A program made the translations under genes and the position numbers. The notes beneath the pieces were generated by a model, which worked only from the letters and a program-made list of their open reading frames with translations, had not been told where the DNA came from and did no database searches. DNA of 64,000 nt from Podarcis bocagei (lineage: Eukaryota): NCBI GenBank assembly GCA_964188305.1, contig OZ076892.1, one strand, 5' to 3'. This document shows, one piece after another, positions 21,834 to 35,977 of the stretch. How positions within the stretch are numbered: position 1 is the stretch's first letter; each line of letters starts with the position of its first letter.

Positions 21834-23634
21834 GTGTGTGTGTGTGTGTGTAGAAACGGACCTACTGTACGAAGCTGAAATTGCCTTCCATTGCTCCACC
21901 CGCTACTGGAACATTCCCCAAAAGAGAGCCCATGCCCTTGTCAGTCCTCACACCCCTGAAAACACACACACACCACAATTCAATTCCTAGAGGAGACCTT
22001 GGAGAAGGTGCTGGAAATGTCTTGAAGCGCAATTCTTGTTTCTAAAAAGGCTGTTAGGTTTTGAATGTGTGCCCCCCCCCCGCACCAGCCAAAGTCCTTC
22101 CCTGTCAAAGTAAGCGAGGTGAGAAAATCCAGTTATTTGTTCAAGCCGGAAGTATTAAGTAAATGTATTTTCCAACACTGTCAAAGTTGCCCATGAACTG
22201 CACACCTGCGAGGGACATCTTTGCAGGCTCTTCCCTCTCTCAAAAGCTCTTCCTCGCCAGCAGCCCTGAACCACAGACTCAGATGTTGTTAAAAAGCTTA
22301 CAGTATCAGCAGGGCCACGGCAGCCTCCATTAGAAACATGATACTAAGATGCTGATTAATACCAGGAGGGGGCTTTAATCAGCCAAAGCCATATGCTATT
22401 TAACTTAAGATGAAAGTGCAAATGATAATCATTATTTCAGAAAGGATGTATTTAAAAGGAGAGCAGAACAGCAAGTGGCATCTTTTTATCATTAGAGTTC
22501 TTCATGCAGGCGCTCACTCTTTTTTTTTTTAAGCTTTATAAGCTTTTATGAACATCTGGACCATTTTCTTCATTATATGGGTTTCCAATGGCATTATGTT
22601 TGATGTTGGGTGTGTGTGTGTTTTTCTTTTAGCAGAGCTATGCTAAATTTCTAAATAAACAATTAATTCCTATTAATTATAGTTTTCAAACTGGCAAAAT
22701 TATCCTTCATTAACTTAATCACTTCTATTTTATCTGCAAATTGTATTCACTCTTTCATAATCCCCTACATCTAAAGACTCCCCCCCCCCACTTCTACATG
22801 CCAGGCTTCTTCTGATGCCATGCATGCTGTTTGTAGCAAAGGGGTTTATTTTTTTTTAAAGCAGCCATTTCTCATTCTCTTGCAGAACATTAGATGTGAA
22901 CCACAGCCTCCCACCCGCTCCCCAGTTTCAAAAGGCAGCCTAATGCAATCTCGGTTGTTTTTAACCAAGCAGTGCTCAAAGGAATGCTCCCTCTGCCCCC
23001 AGCTCAATGGTGAAATTGGATCTACAAAGAGTCAGGACTTGATTGTCACTGATGAAACTTCAGTGTTATCATGAGGTTTGTCTGGGGTGAGGAGAAATGC
23101 CAGCCAGCATGAATAGGCAAGGCAAGTTGAAAGTAATTCATAAGCTCACATTCTATGGGATTCTAAATCATTATAAATGCAGGGGTGAGATTAATAAACT
23201 CTCACTTGCAAAATAACCGTTGCTTAGTGAGTTAGGGGCATCCTCGGAGAAGGTCCAGAAATGTGTTGTTAATTTTCTCATGCATATGATTATTATAATT
23301 TTATTTTGATAATTTATATGCCACTTAATTACAGTTGCCTCCAAGCAGTGTACTGGAGACTCAACTAAAAATAAGTTAAAACTCTAAACTCAGAATTCAA
23401 TTAAAATGCATGCTGGAGCAAAATAGACTTCAGTAAGTACCAGAGGTCCTGTCTGACCTCAACTGAAAGGGAGTTTTCATAAAATTGGGCCCACAATGCT
23501 GAATGAATGTGGATATGAGCCATGTATCCAAGCCATGGGGGACAGTGATTCTGTCTAAGACCTGAGTGATCAGGGAGCAGGTCATGGGGTATCCTGAGGT
23601 ATCCTGGATCCAAGTTGCTAAGGGCCTTGTAGAT

Positions 23635-23944
23635 CAGGGGTCAGCAAGGTTTATCTTGCCTGGGCCAGCTCGGTCCTGCAGAGATCCCTCCGCGGGCCAG
23701 ATTGTGGGTGCGCACGAGCATGCGTGCCTGCGATTTTCAGCATTTGCGCAGGCGCAGATGCGTTTTTTTGCATCTGCATCTGCACAGGCGCGATTTCCGG
23801 TGGTGCCGAAGCGAGTCCCTGCACCGTGCTGTGCCGGTTTAGCGCAGCACGCAAGTGGGTGACTCGGTTCGGGGCGGCTCGTGGGCCAGTCAAACGACCT
23901 CCGTGGGCTGCTTCCGGCCCATGGACCTTAGGTTGCTGACCCCT
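23635..23944. mobile_element. hAT MITE
   Basis: TIR CAGGGGTCAGCAA / TTGCTGACCCCT; 8-bp TSD TTGTAGAT at 23627-23634 and 23945-23952. Confidence 0.9.
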
Positions 23945-24630
23945 TTGTAGATTAGCACAGGAACCTTGAACCCGACCCAGTAGTGTATAGCAGCCAGTGC
24001 AAGCTTTTGAGCATCAGAGTTATGTTCTGCCAATAGTTCCAGCAATAGTTTAGCTGCAGTGTTCTGCATCAGCTAGAGCAGGATGCATTGCAATAGCTGA
24101 GTTTTAAGATTATGTGGTTTAGTGCAGGGAATAGAAGGAAAATGGTTATCCACCAGTGTTAACATCTACCACTGGCTGGTTGCTGGGATTCTTGGATCGT
24201 GCTCTCCACATACCAAAGTACTTTTATACTCTAAAGAAGGAGTGGGGACGCTATGGCTCTTTGGCTGCTGTTGGACTACAACTCCTGTCATTCCTGACCA
24301 TTGGCCATGTTGGTTGGGGCTGATAGGTGTTGGAGTCCAGCTATATCTGGAGGGCCACAGGCTCCCCATCTCTGTTCCAAGGCATACAGTTCACTCTCAG
24401 AATAGGAGAGATTTGTTGTCACAGAGTCCCAATCCCCAGAGTTCCTGTGAAGAGGGATTGCTTGCTAAACCACTTGGTTGACTGTAGCTCTGTGAGGGGA
24501 GTAAGGTTCTCCTAAAAACTCCCATCACCCTTTACAAATTATAGTTCCCATAATTCTTTGGAGGAAGATGTGGCTGTTTAATGTGGTATAGCAGTGCTTT
24601 AAAAGTATGGGTGTGGTTGTGGCCCCTGAG

Positions 24631-25312
24631 CAGGGGTGCCAACTCCCAGGGACTGAGCCCTTTTGCCCCCCAATATTCTTTGGGAGGGGCTAGGGCCCCC
24701 CAAACGCGGGTGGCGCTGTGGGTAAAAGCCTCAGCACCTAGGGCTTGCCGATCGAAAGGTCGGCGGTTCGAATCCCTGCGGCAGGGTGCGCTCCCGTTGC
24801 TCGGTCCCAGCGCCTGCCAACCTAGCAGTTTGAAAGCACCCCCGGGTGCAAGTAGATAAATAGGGACCGCTTACTGGTGGGAAGGTAAACGGCGTTTCCG
24901 TGTGCTGCGCTGGCTCGCCAGATGCGGCTTCGTCACGCTGGCCACGTGACCCGGAAGTGTCTGCGGACAGCGCTGGCCCCCGGCCTCTTGAGTGAGATGG
25001 GCGCACAACCCTAGAGTCTGTCAAGACTGGCCCGTACGGGCAGGGGTACCTTTACCTTTCTAGGGCCCCCCAATGTTCAAAGGAGGTTGAGGAGGCCGAG
25101 GGCAGCTTCAGTAGCCAGTTCCTTCTCTTCCTTTTCCTGCCATGTAGAGGAAAGAGCAGGGAAGCAGCCCCCTGCCAGAAGCTAGAGGAGGATGAGCTGC
25201 CAGCCATTGAAGCCATGCTGCTGCTACATTTAGCTCCACCCCTGGCTCCTCCCAACATCCTGACATCGTGTGTGCGATGTCATCCCTTTTCCCTCAGAAG
25301 TTGGCACCTCTG
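24631..25312. mobile_element. hAT MITE carrying a nested Sauria SINE
   Basis: TIR CAGGGGTGCCAACT / AGTTGGCACCTCTG; 8-bp TSD CCCCTGAG at 24623-24630 and 25313-25320. Confidence 0.9.
24704..25059 (+). mobile_element. Sauria SINE nested in a hAT MITE
   Basis: tRNA-like head (GGTGGCGCTGTGG...GGTTCGAATCCC), tail ACCTTTACCTTT, 14-bp TSD CTAGGGCCCCCCAA at 24690-24703 and 25060-25073. Confidence 0.92.
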
Positions 25313-26810
25313 CCCCTGAGATAGGTCCCACCCTACTATAAGGTAGACCTAGGTAGCTGCCTCAAACAGCTGATTTTGGGTGTCTTGAATTTGTTTTTTT
25401 AAAAACAACAACAACAACAGGGTATACATTCAAAAATAAATAAATGGTAACTGTAATAGTCAAGATGTTGTTACATTGTGCAGAAGCCCGCAAAACACCC
25501 TTTTGCAAAGCACATTCCTGAAGCATTGGCCAAAAAGTGACAGATTCCTACACGGGCCACTCCCCCTGCTGCCCCACACCATTCTCTGTTGAGAATGTCT
25601 GGTGTTCCCCTTGGGAACCCTAGACCCGGTGCTCGTTACGGTTGGCCCTAAACCACTCCTACATCAGGAGCAGTGGCAAATTAATCCATTAATTATCTTA
25701 ACCATTCAAATGAGGTCCATGTGCTAATAACCTTTTAGCCGAAAATGGTATCTTCATCTGACAGAGCTTAGACATCAGAGGAGAAACCACAGTAAATGCC
25801 TTTACTTGGACAGTTAAACTCTTCCAGAGCAAGCTCTGGAAGTGTAAAAGTTTCCTGCTTTCAAAATCTCCAAAGAAGGCTGGTTTTTCTCCCCCTCCGC
25901 CTCCTTTTTTGGGGGGGAGGGGGGGCTTCTCTGTTACATTTTGATGTTGCTTCCTGCGAATATCCTTGTCAGACGATACTAACTCTCCACCTACTCTCCC
26001 TGTCAGGAGCATTCACTGAGCTGACATTCCAAAGACTCCCTTTTTGAAAGCTGATCTTATTCAATGGTTATATTTTCCAGCAAATATTTGGAAACCTATT
26101 AGACAAGTAAAGAATCTACGGCTGCCCCCTTTCCTCCCCACCCTCTTATTATTTTTTTAAAGCAACAATGTGAAGGATGATCAAAAAATTAAAGTAACTA
26201 ATTAGGCTGGCAAATGGATTTCAGAGGAATGAACTGAAACGAGCTTGACATGCACGGAAGACATTCTCCTACTGTAGATAGAAAAAAGGGGGTGGGGGGA
26301 ATCAGCTAAGAAAACTAAGGAAAAAGTATTGGTTTGAAATACCAAGAAGGAGAAGGTTTTGGCTCTGCATAAATCCCAGATCAAAGAGTTTGGGAAGGGA
26401 TGTTAATTTCAAACAAGGTATTTGCTATTTGGGCTCTCAGAGAAGGGTCCATAAGTAGAGATCCCAAGTGCAAATTGTTGGAATCCCCAATCAAAAGGAC
26501 CACGTCCCTCTTGGGTTAAAAAATAAAATAAATTTGGTTTTATAGTTTATAGCAGAGTTAAAAAAACAACAACAACTAGGAAGCTGGAGTTTTCCAGTCC
26601 CACTATTATCCATTCTCATTCACACATTATGAGCATTGCGTAAAAGGAGTACCTGTACATAAAACACACTGAGGTCCCATTGGTAAAGTAGCAGGGGGGG
26701 GGTGTCCTTAGCTTATGGTTTCTTCATATTTACAAGGATGGCTTCAGATTCTAAGCCTACATGGCTGGAGCAAGTTTCATGGCTGCCTCATGGAGGAAGG
26801 AGGGAAGGGG

Positions 26811-26845
<35 letters not shown>

Positions 26846-29576
26846 GGAGAGAACGCAAGAGTTAGGGGCAGAACTTAGGGTTTTTGTGGAAAACCACAAA
26901 GTGTACTTTCCTTGACTTATCTGTAACTCAACCCTGTGCTCTGCTGACTGGAGGCATGAAAGGTGGCTTATATGCAACTGTAGCAAGTTGGCAGGTGATG
27001 GAGAACGACTCTTTTCTGCATGAGAACCTGAAGGTGGCTTATTTCTCTCTGGCTACCTTCCCCAGAACCTAAATGAAAGCAAGTAGCTGTCATCTTATTT
27101 TTCCAGGATTTGTATTACTTTGGCGTGTTTCCCTGCACCCCCAATTCTGGGGTCAGAAGAGAGATAATATAAAAGATGGGCTCTTTAAAGACATAAATGG
27201 CTTTCTGGACAGAATGGAGGCATCCTCTACAGTTTTATTTTTATCAATTCACAGAACAGGTCTCACATCTAAGTATGAAAAGCAAAGAAGAAATGAAACC
27301 GATGTTCCTTTGCATTGGACTGAACGTCTTTCTTCCGTGACTCAGCATCTGAAGTTTCCAAGAAGAGATTCTTGAAAGTACAGCCTTTTCTTCTCTAGTA
27401 TCATCTTCTTGCCAGGCGAGCAATCCATAAAGCTGTTACACACCTTCATCTTAGCTCTTATCCACCTCACAGTCCTTTGAACTCAGAAGGACTTGATTTA
27501 GGTTAAACATCAGGAAGAATTTCCTAACCATCAGAATAATTGGGCAATTGAACAAATTTGCCACAGGAAGATGCACAGTCCCCCATTATTCTGAAGTTAT
27601 TAAACAGAGGTGAAACCTCCGTTGGTGATGATTTGTGAAGAGAATGGACAAAGCTGCAAAAATAATAGCCCCCAAAAGCCTCAGGTTTGAATCTTTATTA
27701 GTCTCGTTGTGGACAGCAATTTACAGTTCCACAAAGGGTTGATCTCTCAGGGCTTGCTCCCCTTGGACTGCAATGTGATACTTTGCCATGTCTTTAAGTG
27801 GCAGAAGTGGGTGGTCAGCATGCATGCTAGGGTCCCCAGGCTGGGAGCATCCCAGTCCCTGAGATTTCAGGCCCCAAACCTGAGACGTAGGGCGGGCCTT
27901 GGTGATCTCATGGGAGTGGAATCTGGGGACAGAGATTAATTAGGAGAGGGGAGCGGAGGAGGGCAGACTCCACAGAGTGTCTGTGCTTTAATTTGCAGCC
28001 AGCTCCTGCTGGGCTGAGGCCTGCAAGCTATATGCACAGTCTTTGTAATGTCCCCTTCACCTGCCACTTGGAGGGGGCCAAGGAAACCTGGAGACTTCAG
28101 GTCAGACCTAGAGGTCTGGCAACTGTAGTGGATGGTCTTGTCACCATGGGAAGAAGAATGAGCAGAACTATAGGAAACAAAAGGTCCTTCAGGTTGAACT
28201 GAATTTTGCACTCAGCAATCACAGTGGGACCTTGGATGCGCCTTTTCAGTAATTAATGAAACAATAAGAGGTAACATTACAGACATATTTGGATACTTTG
28301 GAGTGCCACTTTAAATCAAGATGGCGGACTGAACCTTCCTTTTCAATTTATCTAGCTATCTAATATACAATTGTTTTTATATTGAAAAAAACCCTAAGAA
28401 AATAAAATATTATTTTAATCACTGATCTCAAAATTGGACTGATTTTTTAGATTCCCAAGAATTGTGATATGAGGCTACTAGTTTACTGTATTTGCTGGCA
28501 AACCAATAACATTTATTCTCTGGGCTGCTCACAAAAAAGTTTTATTTTTTTAAAAAAACAAACGAACAGCAAAATTAAAAATGCAATGCCGTACAAGATA
28601 AAAATAAAAGTGGCATTAAATATTGTTCTCTAAGACAGCAGTACAACACAGGGGTGAACTTGGGCCATTCACAGCCTCTCAGTCTAACCTACCTCACATG
28701 ACTGTTGTGAAGATAGCGAGAGCAGAAAATCAAGCTATGCTGCCTTGAACTAATTGGAGGAAAGGATATAATGTATGCCATATCGTAAAAAAATGTATTT
28801 GGTGTCAGAGGCAGACCATCCTGCTGCCATGGTGGGGCAAAGTTAGATCCAATGGGACTTTGGCCTGATCCAGTACGGCTCTTCTTATCTTCAAACTCCA
28901 CTGTCACAGAGGCAGTATACTTCTGAACACTGGTTGCTGGGAATCTCAAGTGGAGAAAGTTGCTAGGATCCTGTTTGAGGGTTTCCAACAGGTATCTATC
29001 TAGTTGGCCACTGCGAGATCAGGATGCTGTACTAATGGGCCATTGGCCTGATCCAGCAGTATATTATTATGTTCTTACAATGTTTGGTGCCAGTGACCTG
29101 ACTCAATATAAGGCAGTTTCCTATGTTCCTAAAAGAAATCAATTGGAAAATGTGTTTAGAATTGTTTTTTAAAAACAATATGGAATAGGAAACAATGATG
29201 AATTGCATAGCACTCCTTGCTTAGTTTTGTACTTCCTTCAATAAAAAAAAAACTTTTTTTTTAATCTCTTAAACTTGGACTAAGTAGAGTTTTAAGGTTT
29301 GCAGAGCCGTTCTCCAGCTGAGTCCTTTCCTTTTAGATATGCACACCTCCTCGTTGGACATTCATTATCAACCCTCGTGTTCGTCTTTTATCTACAAGTC
29401 CTCTTCAGTGTTCAGCATAAACTACATGGACACCTTGCAGATTGACATTTCTTCATTCATGCTTTACCTTAAACAGCATGCAAAGACATCAAAGAAATGG
29501 AGCTGGCTTTGATGTTACAAAATGAAAAACGCCTCATGATTTGCCAAGACCAGGGGAACTTCTAGTTTGCGCTCTC

Positions 29577-29613
<37 letters not shown>

Positions 29614-30148
29614 CACCTTAAAGGTGGGGGAAAATCCAACTTCCCTTCAGACATGTGAAAAATCTTTTCCTATTGTTCGACCAATTTACCCAAATGTTGC
29701 TTCCCAGCTGAAACACAAACCAGGGTGGACAACCTTTTTCTCAGTTAAGGGTCTCATTCCTTCATAAGTAATCTATCAAGGGCCAAGGGATAAAAGTGTC
29801 CTGGATTAGCTAATCCAGACTAAAGAAGGGCCTGCTCCAACTTCCACCATGGTTACCTCAGGAGCAGAACCACCACCAGATAGGAGGATAAAATGAGAGT
29901 TGCCTAAAGCAAACAATGGAGGATGGAATTTGAAGGCTCCTCTTTCGGGAGTTGCCCCTTTGGAAATTGGACAGTTTCAGAAGTCCCTGCTTGGGAATTT
30001 CAAGCAAAGTTGTAGGAGTTTCATTAAGTATAGTTTCTAGAAGGGTCACCTTTCATGTCGTAAAACCAGCCAAGAAACTTGTGCTACCTGAAAAACTGAA
30101 AAAATTATGGTGGCATAAGCTTTCATGGACCAGGGTGCAGTACATCAG

Positions 30149-30193
<45 letters not shown>

Positions 30194-30733
30194 TCTTTCA
30201 TCAAACTCAGGCTTGTGATTTCCTTGCCAAAATGGAGAGTAAATCTGCTATGTGTTGAACAAGTTCTGTCAGATGTGTTCATCATCATTATTATTATTTC
30301 TTGGAAAGTGCTTAAACGCTAATTTCGCTTGGGCTGTCTCTTTTTAATTAAAAACCAGAGGACGTCACAGGATAGGACCAAAAGCAGAGAGAAGAAAGGG
30401 TTTGAAATGTAACTCTTGCTATTCCTTCCCAGAAGCATGTCTGATGAAAGGCAAATGTCATGAGGGGAAACGCCTTGTGCAAATGAGCTGCTCCTTTGCC
30501 GAACAACCATGAGGCAGGGTGAGGCCACTTACCTCAGCTTGGGATGGGGAGAATTTAGATTCAGTTTGCAATTAAAGGAAAATCTACCTAATTTGCACTT
30601 TCTGAAACAATATGCAAATTGAAAAACAGCCATCCTTTGAAATTTATATTTCTCCAAATTTTGCAATGCACTTCTCCAGCACAGTGGTGAGTACAAAAAT
30701 GCATTTATTAAAGTATGCATATAAATGCATGCA

Positions 30734-30959
30734 CAGTGGTACCTTGGGTTACAGACGCTTCAGGTTACAGACACCGCTAACTCAGAAATAGTACCTCACG
30801 TTAAGAACTTTGCTACAGAATGAGAACAGAAATCGCGTGGCGGCGGCGTGGCAGCAACAGGAGGCCCCATTAGCTAAAGTGGTGCTTCAGGTTAAGAAGA
30901 GTTTCAGGTTAAGAACAGACCTCCAGAATGAATTAAGTTCTTAACCCGAGGTACCACTG
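30734..30959. mobile_element. Tc1/mariner (Tigger-like) MITE, copy 3, nested in an older AT-rich repeat
   Basis: Same TIRs and body as 3706-3936. Confidence 0.88.
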
Positions 30960-32569
30960 TCTTAGTGAAAATAACATACAAATACACATTGTGTTAAAGG
31001 AAATTGCTTTGCAAAAATGTATATATTAGGCAGAATTGCAGGCAAAAAAGTACATATTAGAATTTTTCACTAAAATGTGGGTGGATTTTCATTTGGACTT
31101 TTTAAAAAAGCATGATGTGGAAAATGTGGGAGATTGCAGTCAGATACAACTTGCAAGCAAAGGGCTAGTTGGTGCATGAAGGGGGAAAGGACGACAGAGA
31201 TGTATTGTAGATACTCAGCTAGGTCACACACCCTCTGCTCTGGAGAGGAAAGGAAGCATTTCTACTTCCTATCTGTGCATCATGTAAGCCACAAGAAGGA
31301 CATGTCTGTGCTTGCTTCAAAGCACAGACTGTATGTTTAAAGCTACTTTGCTGTATTTTCTACCTGAGATTATTTTGCCTTGCTGTTGCATGGAACAATG
31401 CATGACCGAGACCTTGAATCTGTAAGTATAGTATTTTAAAATTACTTTACTGTTTGTGGTTTGCTTATTGCAAGAGGGGTAGAAAGAGGTCAGCTGCTGT
31501 GTGCAGCTGAACAGAATTAAAACCACCTGTATTCCTAACACTATACTGTTGCTTAACTTATTTGGGTTTAAAACCTGCTACTGGGGCTCTGTGTGTGCAA
31601 GTCCTACGTTTTGAATTTATGCACACAGCTGATTCTTTTGTTGTCCACCCACACATGTGGGTCCACGGGAATTCATATATTTAATTTTCCTTCCACAGAA
31701 GTGTGGAGAACTTAAGTGAAGACTGGGAAAATGAGAAAGCAAGAAACTTAACAAGATGGACCAATGGACTGACTCAGTATAAGCAATTTCCTGTGTTCCT
31801 TCTCTGGGATGGTATATGATCCTGCACACAAACTGGACACAAAAAAACCTTAGAACTCCACTTGCAGGCCTGGGAGAAGGAAAAGAGGTACCTGACGAGG
31901 AATCGAATCCCCTGAGAGGATCACAAGCTTTTTTTATATAAAAAAAACAGCCACAGCTAATTTCTCAACCCCTTCCAATATGTTCAGATTTGTCGCAAGC
32001 AATGTGTGGAAGCATGTGGTTGCTGATAAAACCGCCTGTTAATGCTCTTACTGCTACATGGGCTAGAAAAGTGATCATCTATATCCATGGTGATTTAGCC
32101 CAGTGTCACCTTTGCCTCTGAAGGTGATGTAAGGTTTGCAACTGATTAATGCGGCTATCGACTCCACTTTGCTGCCTACCTGTCCTGCAAGGGTGTGTCT
32201 TATGAGTTGCTAATTAAGTGCACCTGCTGCTCTGTGGAAGATTTTAGGTTTGGGCTGGACCCTTAAAATAACCGGCTCCAGATCTGAGAGGGCCTTTGGT
32301 AATGTGCAAACTTCCCTAATGGCAACAGCAGGCAGCAGGGCTTCAGCAGAAATACACACAACTATATTGAGTGAAAGCATAACAAAGACAACCATAGAAA
32401 TATCAAAATTTTCAAAAGTTGTTGTCCATAACTTGGCTATTGAAAAACAAGGGTCTGCAGTACTTAGCTAATTAGGAACCACTGCTGTAGTGTGTTATAT
32501 GGGTGTTTAGTGTTGCTAGGATAATCCTATCCCCTTCACAGAACTACAATTCCCATAGTTCCCTGGGAA

Positions 32570-32810
32570 GAAGCAGAAGACTTTGGATTTGATATCCCGC
32601 TTTATCACTAACCAAAGGAGTCTCAAAGCGGCTAACATTCTCCTTTCCCTTCCTCCCCCACAACAAACACTCTGTGAGGTGAGTGGGGCTGAGAGACTTC
32701 AGAGAAGTGTGACTAGCCCAAGGTCACCCAGCAGCTGCATGTGGAGGAGCGGAGACGCGAACCCGGTTCCCCAGATTACGAGTCCACCGCTCTTAACCAC
32801 TACACCATGC
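32570..32810 (-). mobile_element. tRNA-derived SINE with MIR/CORE-like body and L2-type tail
   Basis: Reverse complement of an A box (tggtgtagtggttaagagc) and B box, core gcccaaggtcacccagc, and a (GAA)n-like tail. Older relatives at about 56210-56400, 62410-62590 and 19870-19980. Confidence 0.8.
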
Positions 32811-33618
32811 TGAAGAGGGGATTTATGCTAAACCACTTTAATTTACTTTAATTGTCAGACACTAAATTTGCCAGTATATGGTTGAATCCCTCCCAAAGAA
32901 GAGTGACAGTTTGGAAGGAATCTTGGGTACATGCATGTAAAAATAGATTTGGAAGGCTTTATTTAAATGGGGATCTGTGTACCAACTAGGCTGATAACCA
33001 CTTAGCTTTAAAAGTCACGTACCCTTGGACCACTCTCTGGGCATCATCTGCAAAACTCATTCAGAGACAATTACTTGAGCTAAATCTATCTGGCCCATGG
33101 GGAAAAGATGTGCCAAAGCATTTTTACTCACAAGCATCCATAGGAATCATTCCCAAAAGCCATCCCAGGAATGTAAAAAACACAATGCTGGAAACAGTTG
33201 GAGACCAAAAGTTCAGATAAACATCTGTCAGGGACAATTTCTGTCTAGGGAATCCTGTCCAACCACATTGAGTGGGTTAGGAAAGAGCAAGGCGGTCCAG
33301 GCCTTTGATATCGCTTCCAGCTCCATGATTCTATCAACAGTAGTGGAAACTACTAAAGGGTGAAGATGGAAATTGTATTTTAAAGAGAGAGGAGGGGTGC
33401 TCCATTGGGGCTTTGGCCACGGTTTGGGCCCTGGTTCCGCACAACTCTGCACTTTGAATGACAGCTGTGTAGGCCAATAAAATTGAGTGCTGATTTAAGC
33501 TTGTCCCTCCCCATTATCACCTTCTTCTGTCAGGCTGTACATCAAAGCACACACACCTTTATTTTTAAAGCATCACAACATGTTACATACAACCATGGGC
33601 TCCTTTGTAGGAGTGGGG

Positions 33619-33987
33619 CAGGGATGGCCCATCCATGAGGCGCAGGCAGTTGCCATAGGTGGCAGGCTGGGGACAGCTGGAAGGGGTGGCCAATCCTGGC
33701 ACCACTCACCCCAGCGCTTGTCACCCACTGCCCCCACTTCCTCACTCACCCCAGCGCTTGTCACCCACTGCCCCCACTTCCTCCACCTCCTCTGCCCCCT
33801 CCCCCCGCTCCTCTCCAGCCTCTTTTTTCTCCCCCTGCTGTTTTCAGCATACTGGGGCTTCCTCAGGCCATGTCCAGTTGCTTCAGGCAGCTGAGGAGGG
33901 GGCAGAAGTGGAAGAGATGGAGAAGGAGGCTGGATAATGCCATTTTCTGATTTGCCTCAAGCAGCAAAATGTCCTGGGCCAGCCCTG
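33619..33987. mobile_element. hAT-like MITE with an internal 40-bp tandem duplication (33703-33782)
   Basis: TIR CAGGGATGGCCCA / TGGGCCAGCCCTG; TSD not evident. Confidence 0.65.
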
Positions 33988-35977
33988 GTGCAGAGTATAA
34001 ATCTAACAAACACATTAAATAAATCTACAATTACCCGTTTAGCCATCCATCCATGCATTACTAATTAACAAATGAAGAGTGTGTGTGTGCAAAACTGCTT
34101 TGGTGATTTGAGGCTGGGTGGGGTGGGTGGTTTCTTGGTGACATTACAGATACTAGCCAATCATTGCTGCAACCTGCTGCAAACATGCATCTCTGCTGTC
34201 GTTTTCCAGAACTTACATCTGGAAGGTGAATGCAGTGGCAGCCTTTCCTATACAGTACTGAAAACACTACCACTGTGCCAACCAGTTCTCTTTTCTTAGA
34301 CCCACAACGTCCTTATGTGCAGCTTCTTCGACTCCTTCCGCACCCCTCCACTCCCACTTCTTAGAATAAAACACTGCTTGAAAGGCAAAGCCTTGGGTGT
34401 CCTCTTTCCCTCCACTGGAAATCACAATCATTTTAACAAGATTGGGGTTTTGGCAGGTATTTCAAGTGTCGTGGAAATTGCTATCTTTCTCTTTCTCTCT
34501 CTTCATATGGATTTTTGAAAAGGATGACAGTGGTTGGAAGACTATTGTTCAAGTTCAGATATCTTTGACAGGGTTGGCAGGTCCCCCCTCCCCATAGTGC
34601 CTTTTTTTCAATTTCAGGAAAATGTGCACGGATGACTCAGACTTTTGAGTGTCTTGGAGCCTCTTGGTGTTCATATCTTCTTGTCACTGCTGCCCTCCAC
34701 ATTCAGCTCCTCCATAGAGTTTCTGCTCTTGTTTTGCCTGCTCTGTGCTTTCGTGTACTACAAGTGAAGCAAACTGCTGGTTCTATTCAGTTTTCCCAGC
34801 ATGGGAAAATTACTAACTCAGAGTACCTATAGAGATTAAAAATACTTGTTTGTCCACTTGAATGTAGTATGCCGACTCTGTTTCCCTCTGGAGCCCACAA
34901 GCATGAAGGACAGGCCGTGGCTCAGTGGTAGAGCATCTGCTCTGCAAGAGTTAAGCAACCTCCCCCCTCCCTGCTTCATAGATTTTCCACTTTAAATACC
35001 TCACCAATGCAACTTTACATTGTCAAAGACAGCCCTGGGACTCAGTCACAAATGTTTGTAAGCAAGAGCCTTCAAATGCCTGGCCATCACAACTTGTGTT
35101 TCATGGCAAAACACGTCACTTACTATGCACACTGTAATTTGTAACTTTCATGTTGAAAGCCCAATGACATATCAGCCTGCTCCACTTCTAAACTGGTAAT
35201 TCTCCTTCCCCACCCTGCTTTTCCCCAAAATTGCTTTTTTGGTATGGCCAGGTGAAGGAAAAGTTTAGCACAGGCAGAATTGGTAAATTCTCTCCTGGAC
35301 TAGGTTAGGAATTAAGGAGGAAAGTGGGGTAGGGAAGAAAACTGCAACCTCCCTCCTTTCACCCCCCAGACTGGCAGGACTTACTGTTAGACTATTAGTC
35401 AAATATACACTGGCAAGACTCAACTGGATCTATCCATCAATCCTCAGTCATTCAATTCTTACTGCCACCATGCTTAAATGCACACGTAATTCTGTCTTTC
35501 CTTGACAGGAACAGCACAGCCGTCAAATTCATTTCCCAGAAAGAAGAGGGGAAGAAGTACTGACAGAGCGCAAGTTATAATAGAGAAGGCTGGCATACTA
35601 GTTCTCAAATTGTTCAGGCATGCAACCAGAGCGGAGGAGCAGGGCCGTTTCTCACACCATTCTGAGAAATGGTCCATCACCTGCGAGGAAGTGCAGTATA
35701 AAAAGCAGGCTTCTGTGAACACAGTTGGCAAATGCCCTTTGGGGAAAAATCATGACTGGAAGCAGCAATAAACATTTTGCTGCCTGAGGGGAAGTGCAAT
35801 ATGGTGCCTCCCCCTGCACTCCATGTACAAAAACCAACTGGGTTGGCCTCTGAATCTTACTTTGAGGGCAACAGGCAATCTTGGGGGACACAGGTCAGCC
35901 ACGTGGCACACAAAACTCTGTCCACTTCCCATCCTGCACTATCTGCCTCTTGGTAGGGCCAGCCAATGTCACAATAG

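Noticed and set aside
34913-34946. tRNA-like 5' half (ggccgtggctcagtggtagagcatctgc)
   Set aside because: No B box, T arm or 3' acceptor stem; a truncated SINE head, not a tRNA gene.
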